DNA of 22,826 nucleotides from a virus (Duplodnaviria; Heunggongvirae; Uroviricota; Caudoviricetes): IMG/VR virus record IMGVR_UViG_2724679293_000023; one strand, 5' to 3'. Shown piece by piece: positions 16,396 to 22,826 of this stretch (position 1 is its first letter; each line of letters starts with the position of its first letter). The notes under the pieces were generated by a model. It saw only the letters and a program-made list of their open reading frames with translations, ran no database searches and was not told where the DNA came from. The position numbers and the translations under genes were made by a program.

Positions 16396-16496
16396 AAGAA
16401 ATAGCCTGCGCCATACGCAGGCTATGAACAGTGTGTATCCGGCAAGATCATTCACTGAACAAAACGAATTTTAATCTGAGTTGAGGTTAAAAAACA

Positions 16497-18512
16497 ATGA
16501 GCACAAAACCACTCTTCCTGTTACGGAAAGCGAAAAAATCATCCGGTGAACCTGACGTCGTCCTGTGGGCAAGCGACGATTTTGAATCGACCTGTGCCAC
16601 TCTGGACTACCTGCTCGTTAAGTCAGGCAAAAAACTGAGCAGCTATTTTAAACCTGTTGCCACGAATTTTCCTGTCGTTAATGACCTTCCCCCTGAAGGT
16701 GAGATCGATTTTACCTGGAGTGACCGCTATCAACTCAGCAAAGACTCCATGACCTGGGAACTAAAACCGGGAGCAGCGCCAGACGACGTTCACCACCAGG
16801 ATAATGCTCAAGAAACCAAAGAACTGGCGGGAGGCCAGGAAGAAAACGCGCAGGCAGACGCCCACGAGGATTGCCAGGATTGCGAAGTCTCTGTAGCCAC
16901 TTTGCGGTTCACACAGCGTCTTCTGCACATTTTTACGTATGCAGCCGGGGATCGGAAATACCTGCATCATGCCACCCGTGAACAACGCAAACACATTACT
17001 GCTCTTGAGATGGATCAGGAAAACAGCTATGTCCAGAATCTGCTGTTGGCCATACGCAGCATGGCAGAACCGACAACTCTGGATAATGCCGCCCTGCTCC
17101 GCCTGACTGATGCAATTAAGGCAGTGTTCTCTATCACGAAAAAACATCAGCCCTATGAATTTAAGAATTTCATTTCAGCCTGGCTGGATACCGAACACAT
17201 TGATCGCGGTCTTCTGACAAAAGAATGGCGAAAAGGAAATCGTGTTTCACGCATCACGCGCACGGCTTCCGGCGCTAATGCTGGCGGCGGGAACCTCACC
17301 GATCGCGGCGAAGGTTTCGTTCACGATCTGACGTCACTGGCGCGCGACGTAGCCACTGGCGTACTGGCTCGTTCAATGGACGTGGACATTTATAACCTTC
17401 ATCCGGCACACGCTAAACGTGTCGAGGAAATTATCGCTGAAAATAAACCACCCTTTTCTGTTTTCCGCGACAAATTCATCACCATGCCTGGCGGGCTGGA
17501 TTATTCCCGCGCCATCGTGGTTGCGTCCGTAAAAGAAGCACCAATTGGGATCGAGGTTATCCCCGCACACGTCACTGAATATCTGAACAAAGTACTGACT
17601 GAAACTGATCATGCCAACCCTGATCCAGAAATCGTGGATATTGCCTGCGGTCGTTCCTCTGCCCCGATGCCGCAGCGTGTAACAGAAGAAGAAAAACAGG
17701 ATGATGAAGAAAAACTGCAACCATCTTGCGCAATGGCAGATGAACAGGCAACGGCTGAAACAGTGGAACCGGATGCAACTGAACATCATCAGGACACGCA
17801 GCCGCTGGATGCTCAGTCACAGGTAAATTCTGTTGATGCGAAATATCAGAAACTGCGGGCAGAACTCCATGAAGCCCGGAAAAACATTCCGCCCAAAAAT
17901 CCTGTCGATACAGACAAATTACTGGCTGCCTCTCGCGGAGAATTTGTTGAAGGGATTAGCGACCCGAATGATCCGAAATGGGTTAAGGGGATCCAGACCC
18001 GCGACTCTATATACCAGAATCAGCCAGAAACGGAACAGAACGACCAAAATACGCAACAAAACGAGCCAGAAACGAAACAGCCTGAGCCAGTAGTGCAACA
18101 ACAGGAAACGGAGAAAGTTTGCACCGCCTGCGGTCAGTCTGGCGGGGATAACTGCCCTGACTGTGGTGCGGTGATGGGCGACGCAACATATCAGGAAACA
18201 TTCGATGACGAGAATCAGGTTGAAGTTCGGGAAAATGAGCCGGAGAAAATGGAAGGCGCTGAACATCCACACAAGGAGAATGCTGGCAGCGATCCGCATC
18301 GCGATTGCAGTGATGAAACTGGCGAAGCAACAGCTTCATCATTAGAAAAACTCGACTGGAAAAGACAAGTGGTGATTGCGGCGGTTTACGGTTTATGTGC
18401 GAATCCTGCAGGTATAGCCTCAGCGCCATTAATTCCGGGTATTGCAATGATGATCGCAAACAAACTTGAAAATTTTGGGGTAACAGATGATGAGCACATG
18501 CCCGATTTTTGA
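16497..18512 (+). CDS. RecE N-terminal region-like protein (671 aa), apparently lacking the C-terminal exonuclease domain
   Basis: Begins [40 protein letters not shown], which I recall as the N-terminus of Rac RecE (866 aa); acidic, Gln/Glu-rich; 3' end runs 26 nt into gam in another frame and no RecT-like gene follows. Confidence 0.55.
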   Translation: MSTKPLFLLRKAKKSSGEPDVVLWASDDFESTCATLDYLLVKSGKKLSSYFKPVATNFPVVNDLPPEGEIDFTWSDRYQLSKDSMTWELKPGAAPDDVHHQDNAQETKELAGGQEENAQADAHEDCQDCEVSVATLRFTQRLLHIFTYAAGDRKYLHHATREQRKHITALEMDQENSYVQNLLLAIRSMAEPTTLDNAALLRLTDAIKAVFSITKKHQPYEFKNFISAWLDTEHIDRGLLTKEWRKGNRVSRITRTASGANAGGGNLTDRGEGFVHDLTSLARDVATGVLARSMDVDIYNLHPAHAKRVEEIIAENKPPFSVFRDKFITMPGGLDYSRAIVVASVKEAPIGIEVIPAHVTEYLNKVLTETDHANPDPEIVDIACGRSSAPMPQRVTEEEKQDDEEKLQPSCAMADEQATAETVEPDATEHHQDTQPLDAQSQVNSVDAKYQKLRAELHEARKNIPPKNPVDTDKLLAASRGEFVEGISDPNDPKWVKGIQTRDSIYQNQPETEQNDQNTQQNEPETKQPEPVVQQQETEKVCTACGQSGGDNCPDCGAVMGDATYQETFDDENQVEVRENEPEKMEGAEHPHKENAGSDPHRDCSDETGEATASSLEKLDWKRQVVIAAVYGLCANPAGIASAPLIPGIAMMIANKLENFGVTDDEHMPDF

Positions 18513-18786
18513 TCGCATTGAAGAGCTGGCATGGTCACGCCACTACCAGAAGATCGTTCGCGAAGAAAAAGAAACGGAACTGGCGGACGACCTGGAAAAA
18601 GGTCTGCCTCAGCACCTGTTTGAATCGCTCTGCATCGACCATTTGCAACGCCACGGTGCCAGCAAACAGGCAATCAGTCGCGCATTTGATGACGATGTTG
18701 AATTTCAGGAACGCATGGCAGAACACATCCGGTACATGGTTGAAACCATTGCTCGTCACCAGGTTGATATTGATTCAGAGGTATAA
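18487..18786 (+). CDS. gam: Gam (RecBCD inhibitor), short GamS-like form
   Basis: 99 aa; ...[45 protein letters not shown]...[25 protein letters not shown] is near-identical to lambda Gam C-terminal region. Confidence 0.85.
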   Translation: MMSTCPIFDRIEELAWSRHYQKIVREEKETELADDLEKGLPQHLFESLCIDHLQRHGASKQAISRAFDDDVEFQERMAEHIRYMVETIARHQVDIDSEV

Positions 18787-18791
18787 AACAA

Positions 18792-19577
18792 ATGAGTACA
18801 GCACTTGCAACACTGGCCGGGAAGCTGGCTGAACGTGTCGGCATGGATACTGTCGACCCGCAGGAACTGATCGCCACTCTTCGCCAGACGGCATTTAAAG
18901 GCAATGCCAGCGATGCGCAGTTTATCGCACTGCTGATCGTCGCCAACCAGTACGGCCTTAATCCGTGGACGAAAGAGATTTACGCCTTCCCTGATAAGCA
19001 GAACGGTATCGTTCCGGTGGTGGGCGTTGATGGCTGGTCACGCATCATCAATGAAAACCAGCAGTTTGATGGCATGGACTTTGAGCAGGACAATGAATCT
19101 TGTACATGCCGGATTTACCGCAAAGACCGTAATCATCCGATCTGCGTTACCGAGTGGATGGATGAATGCCGCCGCGCACCATTCAAAACCAGCGAAGGCA
19201 GAGAAATCACGGGGCCGTGGCAGTCGCATCCCAAACGGATGTTACGGCATAAAGCCATGATCCAGTGTGCCCGTCTGGCCTTCGGATTTGCTGGCATCTA
19301 TGACAAGGATGAGGCCGAGCGCATTGTCGAAAACGCCGCATACACTGCGGAAAGTCAGCCGGAACGCGACATCACTCCGGTTAACGATGAAACCATGCAG
19401 GAGATTAACGCTCTGCTAATCGCCCTGGGTAAAACATGGGATGAGGACTTATTGCCGCTCTGTTCCCAGATACTTCGCCGCGACATTCGCGCATCGTCAG
19501 AACTGACACAAGCCGAGGCGGTAAAAGCTCTTGGATTCCTGAAACAGAAAGCCGCAGGGCAGAAGGTGGCAGCATGA
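18792..19577 (+). CDS. bet: Bet (Red-beta single-strand annealing protein)
   Basis: 261 aa, near-identical along its length to lambda Bet as recalled ([19 protein letters not shown]...). Confidence 0.95.
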   Translation: MSTALATLAGKLAERVGMDTVDPQELIATLRQTAFKGNASDAQFIALLIVANQYGLNPWTKEIYAFPDKQNGIVPVVGVDGWSRIINENQQFDGMDFEQDNESCTCRIYRKDRNHPICVTEWMDECRRAPFKTSEGREITGPWQSHPKRMLRHKAMIQCARLAFGFAGIYDKDEAERIVENAAYTAESQPERDITPVNDETMQEINALLIALGKTWDEDLLPLCSQILRRDIRASSELTQAEAVKALGFLKQKAAGQKVAA

Positions 19578-20254
19578 CACCAGACATTATCCTGCAGCGT
19601 ACCGGGATCGACGTGATAACTGTCGAACAGGGAGATGATGCGTGGCACAAATTACGGCTAGGTGTCATCACAGCTTCAGACGTTCACAACGTGATAGCAA
19701 AACCCCGCTCAGGAAAAAAGTGGCCAGACATGAAAATGTCCTACTTCCACACCTTGCTTGCCGAGGTTTGCACCGGTGTGGCTCCTGAAGTTAACGCTAA
19801 GGCGCTGGCCTGGGGAAAACAGTACGAGAACGACGCCAGAGCCCTGTTTGAGTTTACTTCCGGCGTGGATGTTACTGAATCCCCGATCATCTATCGCGAC
19901 GAGACTATGCGCACCGCCTGCTCTCCCGATGGTTTATGCAATGACGGCAACGGCCTTGAGCTGAAATGCCCGTTCACCTCCCGGGATTTCATGAAGTTCC
20001 GGCTCGGTGGTTTCGAGGCCATAAAGTCGGCTTACATGGCCCAGGTGCAGTACAGCATGTGGGTGACGCAAAAAGATGCCTGGTACTTTGCCAACTATGA
20101 CCCGCGTATGAAGCGTGAAGGCCTGCATTATGTCGTGGTTGAGCGGGATGAAAAGTACATGGCGAGTTTTGACGAGATGGTGCCAGAATTCATCGAAAAA
20201 ATGGACGAGGCACTGGCTGAAATTGGTTTTGTATTTGGGGAGCAATGGAAATGA
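19574..20254 (+). CDS. exo: Exo (Red-alpha 5'-3' exonuclease)
   Basis: 226 aa, near-identical to lambda Exo as recalled ([14 protein letters not shown]...GFVFGEQW); ATGA overlap with bet. Confidence 0.95.
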   Translation: MTPDIILQRTGIDVITVEQGDDAWHKLRLGVITASDVHNVIAKPRSGKKWPDMKMSYFHTLLAEVCTGVAPEVNAKALAWGKQYENDARALFEFTSGVDVTESPIIYRDETMRTACSPDGLCNDGNGLELKCPFTSRDFMKFRLGGFEAIKSAYMAQVQYSMWVTQKDAWYFANYDPRMKREGLHYVVVERDEKYMASFDEMVPEFIEKMDEALAEIGFVFGEQWK

Positions 20255-20481
20255 GCGCAGCCACAAAGCTCACAGGAGAAAAACCAGTGCGATACACAAA
20301 AGTCAAACCATGCCCTTTTTGTGGTTGTCCATCAGTAACGGTGAAAGCCATTTCAGGATATTACCGCGCGAAGTGTAACGGATGCGAATCCCGAACCGGC
20401 TATGGTGGAAGTGAAAAAGAAGCACTCGAACGATGGAATAAACGAACCACTGGAAATAATAATGGAGGTGTTCATGTATAA
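20245..20481 (+). CDS. lar: Lar-like restriction-alleviation protein (zinc-ribbon)
   Basis: 78 aa with KPCPFCGC...CNGCESRTG...EALERWNKR pattern typical of the Lar family; start overlaps the exo stop. Confidence 0.55.
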   Translation: MEMSAATKLTGEKPVRYTKVKPCPFCGCPSVTVKAISGYYRAKCNGCESRTGYGGSEKEALERWNKRTTGNNNGGVHV

Positions 20482-20662
20482 AATTACCGCCACTATTGAA
20501 AAGGAAGGTGGCACTCCTACTAACTGGACAAGGTACTCAAAAACAAAGTTAACCAAATCGGAATGCGAAAAAATGCTCTCGGGGAAAAAAGAAGCAGGCG
20601 TTTCCAGAGAGCAGAAAGTAAAACTGATAAATTTTAATTGCGAGAAACTTCTGTCCTCGTGA
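20474..20662 (+). CDS. Hypothetical small protein (62 aa), low GC
   Basis: Internal Met [13 protein letters not shown] preceded by SD GGAGGTG; no recognisable domain. Confidence 0.35.
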   Translation: MYKITATIEKEGGTPTNWTRYSKTKLTKSECEKMLSGKKEAGVSREQKVKLINFNCEKLLSS

Positions 20663-20762
20663 GTTGCATTATATCCAAATTAGAACTTCATAGCTGATTA
20701 TTAAAAATCAATCACGTCCGCCAGTATTCTGTATATTTACTGGCGGTCATATCGTAAGAGGT

Positions 20763-21050
20763 ATGGCAATGAATCTTGTGACACTCAAAACGTGGGGGAA
20801 ACTCAGATATCCGGATAATCCACCATCAATATCAACGCTGAGACGATGGGCAAGGAATGGAAACATTTATCCTGCACCTGAACTACACGGGAGGAGTTAC
20901 AGGGTGGTTCCGGAGGCTTTCTATATCAACCAAAATAAGGTTGATACCGATATAACACACCATCAGCCTAATGGGCGACAAGGGAGAGACAGTCCGTTAC
21001 TGGAGAAGTTAAAACATGCAGCGGAAAAAATACGATCCCAATTTGCCTAA
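20763..21050 (+). CDS. xis: Excisionase-like protein (Xis)
   Basis: LVTLKTWGKLRYPDNPPSISTLRRWARNGNIYPAPELHGRSYRV pattern resembles lambda-type Xis; 3' end overlaps the int start as in lambda; true start may be the second Met. Confidence 0.6.
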   Translation: MAMNLVTLKTWGKLRYPDNPPSISTLRRWARNGNIYPAPELHGRSYRVVPEAFYINQNKVDTDITHHQPNGRQGRDSPLLEKLKHAAEKIRSQFA

Positions 21051-22092
21051 AAACTTAACATATCGAAGGAGGGACAAAGCATATTACTGGCGCAACCCTC
21101 TGACGAAAGAAGAATTTACACTAGGTAAAATTTCAAGAAGAGATGCAGTAGCGCAGGCAATTGAAGCAAATCATTATATATACAAAAACTACTCTCCTGC
21201 TGCCTTAATTGAAAAGCTTAAAGGGTTCGACTCATTTACTATGGCAGACTGGATTGAACGTTACAAAACGATTCTTATAAGGAGAAAAGTGTCCAGAAAT
21301 ACTTATAAAATCCGGGTAAATCAACTGGAGACAATAAAAGAAAAATTGGGAGAGATTTTACTGACAGAAATAACCACTCGCCATATTGCCGAGTTTCTTG
21401 ATTTGTGGATTGAAGGAGGGAAAAACACAATGGCAGGATCAATGCGTTCTGTGTTGTCTGATATGTTTCGCGAGGCCATTGTTGAAGGACGTATATCTCA
21501 AAATCCAGTCACGCCAACAAGAGCACCGAAAATAGTAGTTACAAGAGAACGACTGAAACTAAAGACATACAACTGCATCAGGGAGGCAGCAGATCAACTT
21601 CCGGCATGGTTCCCATTAGCTATGGATTTAGCCCTTGTAACAGGACAACGTCGCGAAGACATAACGAATATGCGGTTCAGTGATATTTATGATGACCGTC
21701 TCCACATCAGGCAAATTAAGACAGGAATGATGATTGCTATCCCTCTGTCACTCAGCCTTCCTGTCGCTGGTCTACGGCTTGGTACAGTAGTTGAACGATG
21801 CCGCCTAGTAAGCCGGGGAGATTATCTAATCAGTGCCGGGATTAGAAAAAACAGCCCTGACGGCAGCATTCACCCGGATGGCCTGACAAAAAAATTTGTC
21901 GCAGCCAGAAAATTAACAGGTATCCAGTTCAGTGAAAACCCACCAACTTTTCACGAGATCAGAAGTCTGGCTGGACGATTGTACAAAGAAACATGTGGAG
22001 AAGAATTTGCCCAGCGCCTACTTGGTCACACATCGGAGAAGACAACAAAAATGTATCTTGATGAGCGAGAAAAAACGTACTTACTGCTCTGA
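21016..22092 (+). CDS. int: Tyrosine integrase, lambda Int family
   Basis: 358 aa; N-terminal arm-binding-like region ([22 protein letters not shown]), catalytic-region motifs [35 protein letters not shown] with terminal Tyr; overall collinear with lambda Int. Confidence 0.9.
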   Translation: MQRKKYDPNLPKNLTYRRRDKAYYWRNPLTKEEFTLGKISRRDAVAQAIEANHYIYKNYSPAALIEKLKGFDSFTMADWIERYKTILIRRKVSRNTYKIRVNQLETIKEKLGEILLTEITTRHIAEFLDLWIEGGKNTMAGSMRSVLSDMFREAIVEGRISQNPVTPTRAPKIVVTRERLKLKTYNCIREAADQLPAWFPLAMDLALVTGQRREDITNMRFSDIYDDRLHIRQIKTGMMIAIPLSLSLPVAGLRLGTVVERCRLVSRGDYLISAGIRKNSPDGSIHPDGLTKKFVAARKLTGIQFSENPPTFHEIRSLAGRLYKETCGEEFAQRLLGHTSEKTTKMYLDEREKTYLLL

Positions 22093-22140
22093 TTTTAACG
22101 TAAATGGATTGTTAAATGTATATTGGTTGTGATATAACCA

Positions 22141-22257
22141 AAAAAGACCGGAATACAGAAATTCGAGTAAATTTCGGGGAATTTCGGGGAGACGCTTGCA
22201 ACTAATTGATTTTAAATACAATTAAAAAGAGACCGAATACGATTCCTGTATTCGGTC
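22141..22257. repeat. att-region repeats: GACCG(G)AATAC motif three times (22147-22158, 22231-22240, inverted 22248-22257) and tandem ATTTCGGGGA x2 (22171-22190)
   Basis: Read directly; 10-bp perfect inverted repeat gaccgaatac/gtattcggtc with 7-nt spacer; AT-rich surroundings immediately 3' of int. Confidence 0.6.
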
Positions 22258-22414
22258 CAGGGAAATGGCTCTTGGGAGAGAGCCGTGCGCTAAAAGTTGG
22301 CATTAATGCAGGCTTAGTTGCCTTGCCCTTTAAGAATAGATGACGACGCCAGGTTTTCCAGTTTGCGTGCAAAATGGTCAATAAAAAGCGTGGTGGTCAT
22401 CAGCTGAAATGTTA

Positions 22415-22456
22415 AAAACCGCCCGTTCTGGTGAAAGAACTGAGGCGGTTTTTTTA
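22415..22456. terminator. Bidirectional intrinsic terminator-like hairpin between prophage end and flanking gene
   Basis: aaaaaccgcc...ggcggttttttt: GC stem flanked by A-run and T-run, usable on either strand. Confidence 0.45.
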
Positions 22457-22484
22457 TTGGAAATCAAAAGGCTATTTTAGGTAA

Positions 22485-22826
22485 TTAACAGAGTTTTTCA
22501 GCTCGTTCTATAAACGGTGCCAGACTCATTTTTTCGCCGGGATTGTTAGGATCATCAATCTGAATCACCGAAATGGGTTGGGCTTTAGTCTTCCCACTGG
22601 CAACTTCCTTTTGTGCGATATCGTTTAAAGGATACTGCACGAGGGTACTTGGGTTAATGACATACAAAGCATTACCCGGTCTGCAAGTCAGCATCACCTC
22701 TTCGCGATTAAACGCCCATTTGTCTTTACCCACTTCAAAACGACTGACGGTAATCACCTGCGGTGCAGCCAGCGCCGCTGCAGAACTGGTGAGTAACAGA
22801 AACGTCAGAATACTTTTTTTCATCAT
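22485..22826 (-). CDS. Secreted/periplasmic small protein (113 aa), probable host gene flanking the prophage
   Basis: N-terminal signal peptide [22 protein letters not shown]; start codon at the window edge; identity not recognised. Confidence 0.45.
   Translation of the reverse strand: MMKKSILTFLLLTSSAAALAAPQVITVSRFEVGKDKWAFNREEVMLTCRPGNALYVINPSTLVQYPLNDIAQKEVASGKTKAQPISVIQIDDPNNPGEKMSLAPFIERAEKLC

Noticed and set aside
16761-18459. Several minus-strand ORFs inside the RecE-like gene (16761..17147, 17373..17789, 17919..18299, 18007..18459)
   Set aside because: Antisense to a long well-supported ORF; Cys/Phe/Leu-rich low-complexity translations typical of shadow frames.
18509-19671. Alternative-frame ORFs within gam/bet/exo (18509..18832, 18674..18946, 19027..19260, 19355..19648, 19405..19671)
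   Set aside because: Overlap near-identical lambda Red genes in other frames; spurious.
22171-22190. Tandem ATTTCGGGGA x2 considered as a possible CRISPR or iteron array
   Set aside because: Only two 10-bp copies with no spacers; more consistent with protein-binding sites in an att arm.

Overview
This window is a lambdoid prophage of Escherichia coli type, read here in reverse orientation relative to the usual lambda map. Minus-strand genes form the rightward operon: Cro-like, YdaT/CII-like, a YdaU-like/DnaC-like replication pair, nin-region genes (YbcO-like), a Q-like antiterminator with a pR'/tR' unit, an ORF6N regulator, a tRNA-like remnant, a nanS-p esterase gene, and an S/R/Rz/Rz1 lysis cassette (pinholin plus SAR endolysin). 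Plus-strand genes form the leftward operon: XRE/DicA-like repressor, a pL-like promoter, ydaF-like, kilR, ydaE-like, racC-like, a RecE N-terminal-like ORF, gam-bet-exo, a Lar-like gene, xis and int, followed by an att-type region and one flanking host-like gene. The late region has Stx-phage architecture but no stx genes, and nanS-p is broken by a perfect 557-bp tandem duplication. The most interesting feature is a low-GC three-gene cassette (8499..10492, minus strand) between the replication/nin genes and a hok/mok locus: a GHKL ATPase with RsbW/SpoIIAB-type motifs, a small STAS-like protein and a single-pass membrane protein, all translationally coupled. I could not match it to a named defence system from memory, and it is the best candidate for an undescribed accessory or defence module. 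All calls come from reading the sequence and ORF track by eye, with no searches or folding run. Hand-derived motif coordinates may be off by 1-2 nt, and I found one local 1-nt reading inconsistency near 15840-15900, so ydaE-like coordinates are approximate.
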